A stretch of 64,000 nucleotides of DNA, from IMG/VR virus record IMGVR_UViG_3300042455_000638, one strand, 5' to 3'. Position numbers and translations under genes: made by a program. The notes under the pieces were generated by a model. The model was not told where the DNA came from, ran no database searches, and saw only the letters and a list, made by a program, of their open reading frames with translations. Shown here one piece after another: positions 16,166-23,807 of the stretch. Each line of letters opens with the position of its first letter. The stretch's first letter is position 1. Origin of the DNA: a virus.

Positions 16166-16961
16166 GGTTCGCCTCCTTCTTCAGCGTTTCGTGCATCATC
16201 CCCTGGACGTTGAACAGCATTGCGTTGAGAGCCTCAACGATGTCAACCTGCTCGCCGCTGTCCGGAGAAATCGCCGTGCCGCCACGATGGATAGTCCATA
16301 CGTCCATGAAGTGGCGGAACATCGACTTCATGTAGACGTCAATCGGGATTCCCTTCTGCCAGTTGTCGCTATCCCGCGTCGTACCGTCCTTCTGCTTGCG
16401 GTGAGACGTCATGTAGTCCCCAAAGGCTTTGATCACGGTTGGTGACAAGAACCCCTCGTAATCGTTCTTTGAGCTGTCGAGGTTACGTGTCGCCCCAGTC
16501 TCGAAGGTTCGGATCTCTCCGATAGTCGGTTCGGGTGCGGCGGATTCCTCGACCAGATCAAACCAGAGGTTAGACATCTCCGGGGCAACACCTTGGACAC
16601 GTAGTATTTGTGTCGTGGTCGAATTACCGTATTCAAGGGCCACGTCGCGGACCTTGAATACGTCCCGGACAGTCTCTGTAGACCCCCAGTCCCGTCCTAA
16701 AGTTATTTCCGTGCCGTACGCAAGTTTACGAAGTCGGACCTTGTCTCCCGCCTTGAACTTCCTCCGGGGTTGTACTACGTTTGTAGTAGCAGCCGGTTCC
16801 TCTGGCGGCTTTTCGGGTATGACTTCGAACCAAATACCCGGCATAATGTCTCGACATTTCCGGTCGTCATACACCCCGAAGTATCCGGACGGGGTTACAT
16901 CAACCTCGTACACTTTGCCGGTCGTCATGTCCCGATGGGTATAGATGAATCTCGCTTTCAC
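16155..16961 (-). CDS. Protein with C-terminal phage dATP/dGTP pyrophosphohydrolase-like (DUF5664-type) domain
   Basis: C-terminal half carries YEGF...AFGDYMTSHRKQKDGTTRDSDNWQKG...YMKSMFRHFMDVWTIHRG...SGEQVDIVEALNAMLF. This matches the KYG.RNWEKG...ALMRHL..W..GE..D.ESGLPHLAH signature. Confidence 0.45.
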   Translation of the reverse strand: MKARFIYTHRDMTTGKVYEVDVTPSGYFGVYDDRKCRDIMPGIWFEVIPEKPPEEPAATTNVVQPRRKFKAGDKVRLRKLAYGTEITLGRDWGSTETVRDVFKVRDVALEYGNSTTTQILRVQGVAPEMSNLWFDLVEESAAPEPTIGEIRTFETGATRNLDSSKNDYEGFLSPTVIKAFGDYMTSHRKQKDGTTRDSDNWQKGIPIDVYMKSMFRHFMDVWTIHRGGTAISPDSGEQVDIVEALNAMLFNVQGMMHETLKKEANREE

Positions 16962-17512
16962 TACACTTCCTCCTTCACAAAGATGCCTTCTGCCGTCAGG
17001 TGCCCCTTCCGGTCCTTGATCTGATCATAAGCCTGCTTGACGCAGTCCACAAGAGTTGTACCAGCTTCTTCCGCAATCTGAGAAATGTAGGCCACCATAA
17101 GCAGCCAGGTCATCCAGTACGAGCCTTGACCTTTACAAGCGGCCCCAAGTGGGATCAGAGCCTTCTGCAGTCTGTCGACGGGGTTGGGCACCGATGAAGG
17201 TACTACTGATGACCTCTGAGACGTAGGTGTCACCAGATCGCAGTACTCCTCGTCGTAGAGTGTGCTACCGACGATCAACGTGACGTAGATGTCTCCGATA
17301 GCGTCCATGATCTGCTCGTGAGTCCGTTCGTGTTGGTAGTCCCAGTCCGAGACCTTGTAAGCCATTAGATATCGCATTAGATACAAGGCTTCCACCAGCT
17401 CCTTCACCTCCTCTGCTGTCTTAAACGCCTGAGCGTAAGCCGAGCTGTGTGCCAGAATCTTCCGATCGTCTGCCCACTTAACGATCGCCAAGTTCAGTTC
17501 GTGCAACGTCAT
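16961..17512 (-). CDS. mazG: MazG-like nucleoside triphosphate pyrophosphohydrolase
   Basis: Acidic helix motifs typical of MazG (EEVKELVEAL, DAIGDIYVTLI). Trimmed to ATG 17510-17512 with GGAGGT RBS. Confidence 0.45.
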   Translation of the reverse strand: MTLHELNLAIVKWADDRKILAHSSAYAQAFKTAEEVKELVEALYLMRYLMAYKVSDWDYQHERTHEQIMDAIGDIYVTLIVGSTLYDEEYCDLVTPTSQRSSVVPSSVPNPVDRLQKALIPLGAACKGQGSYWMTWLLMVAYISQIAEEAGTTLVDCVKQAYDQIKDRKGHLTAEGIFVKEEV

Positions 17513-17548
17513 ATCAACCTCCGAATAAAATGTGAATGTCACCGGGCG

Positions 17549-17577
17549 TATCATCGCCCCGGTAAGACTTTTGTCAA
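17549..17577 (-). promoter_or_regulatory. Candidate leftward sigma70-like promoter (TTGACA-17-ATGATA) for the MazG operon
   Basis: Minus-sense TTGACAaaagtcttaccggggcgATGATA, about 35 nt upstream of the MazG-like start. The -10 is embedded in hairpin CACCGGGCG...CGCCCCGGTG. Confidence 0.35.
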
Positions 17578-17644
17578 ACCATCGTTGGTAAGATTCTTTA
17601 CCATAGGAACTGGTGTACAAACGTCTGGTGCAGCTACTGCATCT

Positions 17645-17660
17645 TGGTGCCCGGGCACCA
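17645..17660. promoter_or_regulatory. Perfect 16-bp palindrome TGGTGCCCGGGCACCA
   Basis: Seen directly in the divergent control region. Confidence 0.4.
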
Positions 17661-17827
17661 GCTTTCCGGATGCAGTTGACGATTGTACACTGTAGACTGG
17701 TAAAGATTTTTACTGTCCGGTACTGGTCTAACCTGGTATTACCGTCTACGGTTTAACCGGGCTTTGGCCCGGTAAACGTGGATGGGAGTTATTTAGAACC
17801 TTTCTCTGACAAATTTTTAGTATGGAT

Positions 17828-17856
17828 TTGACAGGCCAGCCTGGTAGACCTACTAT
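17828..17856 (+). promoter_or_regulatory. Consensus sigma70-type promoter TTGACA-17 nt-TACTAT, driving primase and the rightward operon
   Basis: -35 at 17828-17833 and -10 at 17851-17856 with a 17-nt spacer. Confidence 0.55.
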
Positions 17857-17886
17857 GCCCGCATCGCGGGCTAGTGGTCTACCAGG
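17840..17886. promoter_or_regulatory. Nested inverted repeats over the promoter -10 (CCTGGTAGACC ... GCCCGCATCGCGGGC ... GGTCTACCAGG)
   Basis: 11-bp outer arms at 17840-17850 and 17876-17886. 6-bp inner palindrome at 17857-17871. Operator-like. Confidence 0.45.
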
Positions 17887-18037
17887 TCTCGCTGGTTAAA
17901 CCGGCTTAAAGTTTTACCAGTGATTAGGTTTCTAACGAAACCCTTCAGGCTAGCCTGGCCTAACCTCGGGTATAACGTATAAGGTCTAACTGGTTTAACC
18001 TGTCTACCCGGTATGCAAAAAACCAAGGGTCCCCGCG

Positions 18038-18102
18038 ATACCGATCGGTATTGAAACCAAGGTTCCGGCGACTGAGGAACCCTCTGTGTCCCGATCGGTA
18101 AC
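18038..18102. promoter_or_regulatory. Two CCGATCGGTA sites (12-bp palindrome TACCGATCGGTA at 18039-18050; second site at 18091-18100) flanking IR GGTTCC...GGAACC
   Basis: Identical 10-mers 50 bp apart, about 35-85 bp upstream of TTGACA at 18136. Confidence 0.4.
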
Positions 18103-18198
18103 ATTCTCAAGTCTTGGCATCGCTGAAACCGAGACTTGACAACCCCGCCATCTGAATAGACACTATCTCCGTCCGACTTCCCCCGGAGATAGATAAAG

Positions 18199-20466
18199 AT
18201 GAATGAATTGCAAGAGCACCGCCAGGCGGCGTTGCGAACGGCTGGGCACCTCTGTCGCCACGGCATCCGTGTATTCCCACTCAGGTATGGCTACAAAGAT
18301 AAGTACCTTCACGAAGGCGACTGGGACGCCTACGCGACGAACAACATCAACACGTTCGTAACGCTCGTACCATCTGGACAGTTCAACCTCGCCATCTCAT
18401 TCGGACCGGAGTCTAATCTCTGTGACGTTGAGCCGGACGATGCAAACGCTGTTAAGATCCTTGACGAGATGATCAAGGAGTCCGGCGTCAAGACGATCAT
18501 GTACGCCACGTCTCGACGTGGTACGCATCATCTCTTCAAGTACGAACCTCGGCTGGCCGTATTCAACAAGGCCAACCTGAAGGTCAGCAACATCGAGTGC
18601 CGTCTCGGTCTCTACAACGAGAAGAACAAGCGACGACAGTATTCGGTAACGCCACCGTCGTTGCACCCGGATACTGGAGAGTTTTACAACTGGATAGAGG
18701 GGCACGCACCCTGGGACGTTGACCCAGCACCGATGCCAGAGAACATCATCCAGTTCTTCCTTACCAACTACACGGACAAGGACTACTCAAAGGCCGATGT
18801 CGTGTCAACCGGTGAAGGGTTTATTCCCGGCGAAGGCTACCGTCACGACTGGTTGCTGAAGTTCTCCAAGGAGCTTTACACCAAGTGGATGCTACCCCGC
18901 AACCATGTCGAAGACTTGTGCCGGTACATGTCACAAGCCATCGGTTCATACGAGATGGAGGGCCGAGGCGAGCATGAGATTAAGAACCTCTTCAACAACC
19001 TCCAGCGGCCGGTAGATCCGCTGAAAGAGTTAACCGCCGAGATCAGCATGGAGGACGTCAACGACGTTCTGGAAACCATGAGGTCCATGCAGGCAGCAAC
19101 CAATGCTGGCCAGTCACCAGAGATCCCGTCACACATCTTCCCAGCCGTCATTGAGGAAGCCAGTCAGAACGCAAAGCTAGCGGGCTACCCGAGGAATCTA
19201 TTTCTACATGCGGTCCTGTGCGTCACGTCGCACGCACTGGGGCAGGCCGTACGAGTCAGAGTTAGTCCAGACCACAGTACAATGGGTCTGCAGATGTTTT
19301 CATTCGGAGTGGGAGGTTCCGGGACGGGGAAGAGTAAGACCTTATCGGCCTTGCTAGGACCGGTCTCCCACTCCGAAAGTGTTACAACAGAGGGGAGCCC
19401 CGAAGGGCTTGTCTCCCTCATGAGTCGGTTCCAGCGGGGGATCATGCTGGAGTTCACCGAGGGTAAAGAGTTCTTCAAGATGCTCGGCAAGTATGGACCC
19501 AACGCTGGGCAGGGATCAGACAACAGTCTGTTCCACAAATGTTGGTCCGGTGACAAGATCAAGAGGACTCTGCAGAAGGGCACCTTCGGGGTACAGAGCC
19601 CGTTCCTCACAGTCTGTGCAGCCATCCAGAAGATTAACCTGAACCAGATGCCGATCAACGATTGTATGGACGGGCTCCTACCGAGAATGTTCGTCTATCC
19701 AATCGGTGACGTGCCAGCCAAAGAAGATCCCGCAGCCATAGCCAAGGTTCAGGAGTTCTTACAGCAGTGGTACGAGATCGTAGGGAGACTGGAGTCGGTG
19801 AAGCCGTCCATCGGCCTGCCATCAATCTCAGGTCTCCTCGCCGGTGCGGGCGTGGCTGTCAAGCCACTCACGATGACACTGGACCCTCAAGCCCGAGAAT
19901 TGTGGCGAGAGTATGCTGCCCATAAGAAGTCTCCGCAGACGCTCAGCCAGTGGCCAGAGGATCATCCGTACCGAGCAGACGTGGTTAGACATGCTGAGAT
20001 CGCGTTACGTACGTCAGCGGACCTTGTGATACTGGACTGCGGGTGTGATAAGCGGTTCTGGGAGTTGAACCAGGTTGGCAACCAGGATCACGGTAACATC
20101 AACAAGGATTGGATGCAGAAGTCCATCGACTTCATGGAGCACAACTGGTACCAGAAGCAGAAGCTGGTCGACGGCATCGTTGAGTCAGCTTTCGCGGTAG
20201 CCAGCGGTAACTACATGCTGGGTCGAGAAGAATCGGTACCAGCTCGGTTCGCCGTACAAGCGGCCGACCGGCGTCGACGTGTCGAGAAGTCATTCGGGGA
20301 GGTGTGGACCCTGAGAGAGTACTACAGTGTTCTCAAGTTGAAGAAAGATGAAGCCAGGAAGGAACTGGACATGTTTCTTCGAGAGGGCACTGTCGTAGAA
20401 TTGCCAATGCAGGACGGACAGAAAGCCGCCCGATTCAAATTTTTAGGAGAGATAGATGACAAGTGA
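18199..20466 (+). CDS. Bifunctional primase-polymerase (PrimPol N-terminal domain) fused to a P-loop NTPase (helicase-like) domain
   Basis: N-terminus (IRVFPL...CDVEPDD...TSRRGTHHLF) resembles the PrimPol D-x-D and T-x-G-G-x-H motifs. Walker A GGSGTGKSKT in the C-terminal half. First gene downstream of the TTGACA-17-TACTAT promoter. Confidence 0.55.
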   Translation: MNELQEHRQAALRTAGHLCRHGIRVFPLRYGYKDKYLHEGDWDAYATNNINTFVTLVPSGQFNLAISFGPESNLCDVEPDDANAVKILDEMIKESGVKTIMYATSRRGTHHLFKYEPRLAVFNKANLKVSNIECRLGLYNEKNKRRQYSVTPPSLHPDTGEFYNWIEGHAPWDVDPAPMPENIIQFFLTNYTDKDYSKADVVSTGEGFIPGEGYRHDWLLKFSKELYTKWMLPRNHVEDLCRYMSQAIGSYEMEGRGEHEIKNLFNNLQRPVDPLKELTAEISMEDVNDVLETMRSMQAATNAGQSPEIPSHIFPAVIEEASQNAKLAGYPRNLFLHAVLCVTSHALGQAVRVRVSPDHSTMGLQMFSFGVGGSGTGKSKTLSALLGPVSHSESVTTEGSPEGLVSLMSRFQRGIMLEFTEGKEFFKMLGKYGPNAGQGSDNSLFHKCWSGDKIKRTLQKGTFGVQSPFLTVCAAIQKINLNQMPINDCMDGLLPRMFVYPIGDVPAKEDPAAIAKVQEFLQQWYEIVGRLESVKPSIGLPSISGLLAGAGVAVKPLTMTLDPQARELWREYAAHKKSPQTLSQWPEDHPYRADVVRHAEIALRTSADLVILDCGCDKRFWELNQVGNQDHGNINKDWMQKSIDFMEHNWYQKQKLVDGIVESAFAVASGNYMLGREESVPARFAVQAADRRRRVEKSFGEVWTLREYYSVLKLKKDEARKELDMFLREGTVVELPMQDGQKAARFKFLGEIDDK

Positions 20467-20719
20467 CGGTACGCATACGTTGCACCGGATTGACGTGAAG
20501 GACCATTTGCCGAGAGAAGGATCTTACGTGCTGTGTTGGGGGCACAACAAGAACCTTGGCTGGCGATGGGTTGACGTGCTCTACTTCGACGGTGAGATTT
20601 TTGTCGATGAGGGTGCTGAGGAACCTGGAGAGTTCCACTACATGGTCACCCACTGGGCACAACTTGAGCCGTTGAACTGGAACGACGGGGTACCACTGTT
20701 TCGGGGGTATATCCAATGA
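20456..20719 (+). CDS. Hypothetical protein (87 aa)
   Basis: Track ORF. AGGAGAG RBS. Confidence 0.5.
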   Translation: MTSDGTHTLHRIDVKDHLPREGSYVLCWGHNKNLGWRWVDVLYFDGEIFVDEGAEEPGEFHYMVTHWAQLEPLNWNDGVPLFRGYIQ

Positions 20720-20910
20720 CACTGATCGACGATATCGCACGGATGGAGGCTGCGGCCAAGTCTCACTTCGTCAAACCCGAGGTGGCTGAAGAACCGACGA
20801 GGGAGTTGTCAACGGACAAGATCGTGCTTAACCCCAAGCTGGACCCTGACCCGTACAACCTCCACGGTATGTCTTTGTCGTACCGTCTCAAGTGTATGGG
20901 TTGGCCATGA
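20716..20910 (+). CDS. Hypothetical small protein
   Basis: Track ORF. ATGA coupling. Confidence 0.4.
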   Translation: MTLIDDIARMEAAAKSHFVKPEVAEEPTRELSTDKIVLNPKLDPDPYNLHGMSLSYRLKCMGWP

Positions 20911-21095
20911 CCAAGGTCACGTTCTGTTTGATCGGTAGAGCCGGGTGCAACATCCACTTCGTGTGGGACGATGTTGGACCCGGCCTTTACGTTCAATGGT
21001 CTGACAGTGAAGAACTGACCGGCCGGATCGTGCGGGAAGGCGATGGTACTTTCCCGGACAAGTACTTTGCACATTTGACGGAGGTGTTAGCGTGA
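20907..21095 (+). CDS. Hypothetical small protein
   Basis: ATG at 20907 overlaps the upstream stop (ATGA). Confidence 0.35.
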   Translation: MTKVTFCLIGRAGCNIHFVWDDVGPGLYVQWSDSEELTGRIVREGDGTFPDKYFAHLTEVLA

Positions 21096-21664
21096 ACGTG
21101 CTTGTTGCGTGTGAGTACAGCGGACGGGTGCGAGATGCCTTCCGCAAACTTGGCCATGATGCTTGGTCCTGCGATATCATCGACTCGGAGACACCGAGCG
21201 AGTACCACATCAAGGCCGATGTTCTCAGCGTTCTCAACTGCGGCTGGGATCTGATCATCGCTCACCCACCTTGTACGTACCTCTGCAACAGCGGAGTCCG
21301 TTGGTTGTACACAGAAGAGGGGCGTCTCAAGAAGATGACCGCTGCTGCCGGTTTCTTCAAAAGATTTCTCGAAGTTGACTGCCCGAGAGTCTGTATTGAG
21401 AATCCGATCATGCACAAGCACGCCAAGGTTATCATCGGTGTAGACTACACCCAGATCGTTCAACCGTGGCAGTATGGCCACGGGGAGACAAAGGCTACTT
21501 GCCTCTGGTTAAAGGGTTTGCCAAAGCTGGAACCGACAAACATCGTTGAAGGGCGTGAGGCCCGGATACATATGATGTCACCGGGGAAGGACCGGGGTAA
21601 GAAGCGGTCTGAGACGTATCAAGGTATTGCCGACGCGATGGCGGCACAGTGGGGCAGTTTATGA
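21092..21664 (+). CDS. Minimal DNA C5-cytosine methyltransferase-like protein
   Basis: IAHPPCTYLCNSG resembles C5-MTase motif IV (PC). VCIENP resembles motif VI (ENV). No convincing FxGxG motif I, so function is uncertain. Confidence 0.35.
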   Translation: MNVLVACEYSGRVRDAFRKLGHDAWSCDIIDSETPSEYHIKADVLSVLNCGWDLIIAHPPCTYLCNSGVRWLYTEEGRLKKMTAAAGFFKRFLEVDCPRVCIENPIMHKHAKVIIGVDYTQIVQPWQYGHGETKATCLWLKGLPKLEPTNIVEGREARIHMMSPGKDRGKKRSETYQGIADAMAAQWGSL

Positions 21665-23199
21665 GCACATGGGTCTACGCACGAGTATCAACCCTCGACC
21701 AGTACGTCAACGGGTACTCCATCGACCAACAGGTTCGGGTGTGCCTTGAGTACGCCAAGAACAACGACTACCTGCTTGGTCTTGAGACCAACTGCGACCT
21801 GCCCGGTGTCTTCATTGACGGCGGTAAGTCAGCCTTCAAGAAGAAGCTATGCCAACGGCCGGGTGGGCTCATGCTGCTCGGCAACGCTAAGCCCGGCGAC
21901 GTCATCATCGCGTTGGCCACCCACCGTCTGTTCCGCCAGTTCAACGACATGGTTGCTGTGATGGACCAGTGGGTACAGAACGGCGTGACGGTGAAGTTCG
22001 TCGACTACCCGACGCTCAACACCGACACAGCCAATGGCAAGGCGATGCTTTACATGATGGCGGTCATGGCTCAGCTAAGATCCGAGTTGATCTCAGCCCG
22101 AGTCAAAGAGTCACGAGTCATCGCAAGGACGAAGGCCCCCGAGAGGCCAAAGCCCAAACCCGTCGAGACCATCTGCTCATCAAAAGATGTCGGTGCTATC
22201 CTACAGCAGATGCAGCGTGACCGTGAAGCGGACAAGTACAAGTTCACGGGAAGGGTCCACGCATACGTCCGTGTATCCACGAACGACCAGACTGTTGAGC
22301 ATCAAGTCAACCTGCTCACAAAGATGTTGCCCGACGATCTGCGTGGAGCTGAGATTGTCTGGTACAAGGACGAAGGGGTGTCAGCCTTCAAGACCAAGTT
22401 CGAGAAGAGAAAGGCTGGGGGCGAGATGCTCAAGGCACTGAAGCCCGGCGACATGGTTGTGGCGTGGCGACCAGACCGTCTCTTCAGGTCAATGGTCGAC
22501 GCTAACCGAGTGGTCGATTCGATCCACAAGACCGGGGCGTCCCTGATGACCGTTGAGGGCGATCTGCGGACAGACAAACCACAGGGCAAGATGCTCATGC
22601 AGATGCTGGCCATGTTTGCCGAGATCGAGTCACAGGACATCTCACGCCTGACAAGACTCGGTAACTTCGGGGCCATTGGTATCAACCCGAAGATGCAGGC
22701 GATGCGTGTACCGAAGCTCCTGCGTGAGATGAAGAAACACTTCAACCAGAAGCACTACCACTTCGAGAACATTTTCACAGCCGACGAACGGTTCTACATG
22801 CACATCGAGCTTCACCTGACCGCGAAGAACTATCGTAGTCGGAAGGAGGCTTGCCGGGTCATCAGTAACAAGTGGCTGGCGAAGAAAGGTCTACCACCGG
22901 TACAGGGTGAGTACGGCGAACCTTGTAAGAACTACGCAAGAAGAATCCACAACATGCAGAAGGTGGAGTTCACCGAACGACGTCATCGGTTGTGTGAGCG
23001 GTTGAAGAAGCACCCGGACGAAGTGAGGTATCCGTTGAGTACAGAGACGGCTTGTCAGCTCGTGAGGAACCAGACAGAGTTCCTTCGTGTTGCGAAGATG
23101 TTTCCGGGGCGGCTGAAGGATAAGCAGTCACTGACGATGCTGGCGTCATCGTGTACGTCACCAGAGGCTGCAGTAGATTTCATGGGGAGACTGGGATGA
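21661..23199 (+). CDS. Serine recombinase with two tandem resolvase-type catalytic domains
   Basis: Two complete catalytic cores, at about aa 5-150 and 205-340. Each has YARVST.DQ / YVRVSTNDQ (Ser nucleophile), D.G.SAFK, R.DRLFR (R-x2-R) and a ...AE.ES..IS.R helix E. A unique C-terminal domain of about 170 aa follows. Confidence 0.65.
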   Translation: MSTWVYARVSTLDQYVNGYSIDQQVRVCLEYAKNNDYLLGLETNCDLPGVFIDGGKSAFKKKLCQRPGGLMLLGNAKPGDVIIALATHRLFRQFNDMVAVMDQWVQNGVTVKFVDYPTLNTDTANGKAMLYMMAVMAQLRSELISARVKESRVIARTKAPERPKPKPVETICSSKDVGAILQQMQRDREADKYKFTGRVHAYVRVSTNDQTVEHQVNLLTKMLPDDLRGAEIVWYKDEGVSAFKTKFEKRKAGGEMLKALKPGDMVVAWRPDRLFRSMVDANRVVDSIHKTGASLMTVEGDLRTDKPQGKMLMQMLAMFAEIESQDISRLTRLGNFGAIGINPKMQAMRVPKLLREMKKHFNQKHYHFENIFTADERFYMHIELHLTAKNYRSRKEACRVISNKWLAKKGLPPVQGEYGEPCKNYARRIHNMQKVEFTERRHRLCERLKKHPDEVRYPLSTETACQLVRNQTEFLRVAKMFPGRLKDKQSLTMLASSCTSPEAAVDFMGRLG

Positions 23200-23477
23200 C
23201 GCTGAAAGAAAAGATTCTTGAACTAAGCGGCGAGTATCTGTTGGTCCACAAGTCACACATCAGAACCATGCAGGTGTATGACATCGCTAAGAGCGGGTAT
23301 CTGACCCGGGCTGACATCATGGCGATGGGCAGCGATATATGTCCTGACGTCGAGATCGTGTACTCCAAGCTCAGCATGGAGGACCTTCTGAAGCAGCACG
23401 AGGATTGGACTGTAGACGAACTGATCAGGTATCTTGAGGCACCAAAGCCTGAGCCCACACAATCAGATCCGTCCTGA
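23196..23477 (+). CDS. Hypothetical protein (93 aa)
   Basis: ATG overlaps the recombinase stop (ATGA). Followed by a strong intrinsic terminator. Confidence 0.5.
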   Translation: MTLKEKILELSGEYLLVHKSHIRTMQVYDIAKSGYLTRADIMAMGSDICPDVEIVYSKLSMEDLLKQHEDWTVDELIRYLEAPKPEPTQSDPS

Positions 23478-23667
23478 ATATCTGAAGACGACCACCCAAC
23501 CAGAATGACCCGAGGTAGCAACGCACCTCGGGTCTTTTTTTGTTCTGTACCCCTTTGAGGCACCAGTTGCGAACGGTATCCGTTGTCACCTCAATGCCAC
23601 GTTGGCTGAGCCAAGCGACAACCTCTTTCGGGGATAGGTGCGGCGGTTCATTCTCTACATTCAACAC
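23425..23667 (-). CDS. Small HTH DNA-binding protein (MerR/AlpA/excisionase-like)
   Basis: LSPKEVVAWLSQRGIEVTTDTVRNWCLKG is a typical HTH. GTG start after GGAG. Divergent from the capsid cassette. C-terminal 30 aa read through the plus-strand terminator hairpin, so the true length is uncertain. Confidence 0.4.
   Translation of the reverse strand: MLNVENEPPHLSPKEVVAWLSQRGIEVTTDTVRNWCLKGVQNKKRPEVRCYLGSFWLGGRLQIFRTDLIVWAQALVPQDT
23507..23541 (+). terminator. Intrinsic terminator
   Basis: GACCCGAGGT - 8-nt loop - ACCTCGGGTC followed by T7. Confidence 0.7.
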
Positions 23668-23807
23668 CTGTAACTCCGTCTGGGGGTAAAACCGAAGAAA
23701 CCGAAAAAGCCGAATCTAGGTAGTTTGTAAACATCTTGCTATTGCAATGCAAGTCTAAAAAGATTCTCATGCTTGGGAATGTTTCACCCCAGACATAAGG
23801 ATCAGGC

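Larger units (their letters stand above)
17751..18000. promoter_or_regulatory. Three copies of near-palindromic site GGTTTAACC / GGTTAAACC (17751, 17895, 17992)
   Basis: Two copies in one orientation and one inverted, spaced about 100-145 bp apart and flanking the main promoter. Candidate regulator or initiator binding sites. Confidence 0.4.

Noticed and set aside
17521-18198. tRNA or small RNA gene in the 680-bp intergenic region
   Set aside because: Hairpins are present, but no cloverleaf with a conserved T-loop (GTTCRANYC) or D-loop could be assembled by eye. The structures are better explained as operators or iterons. Cannot be excluded without covariance-model tools.
17871-18266. 131-aa minus-strand ORF across the divergent promoter region
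   Set aside because: It overlaps the consensus promoter, the palindromes and the primase start. Composition is Arg/Pro-rich, typical of an off-frame GC-rich read.
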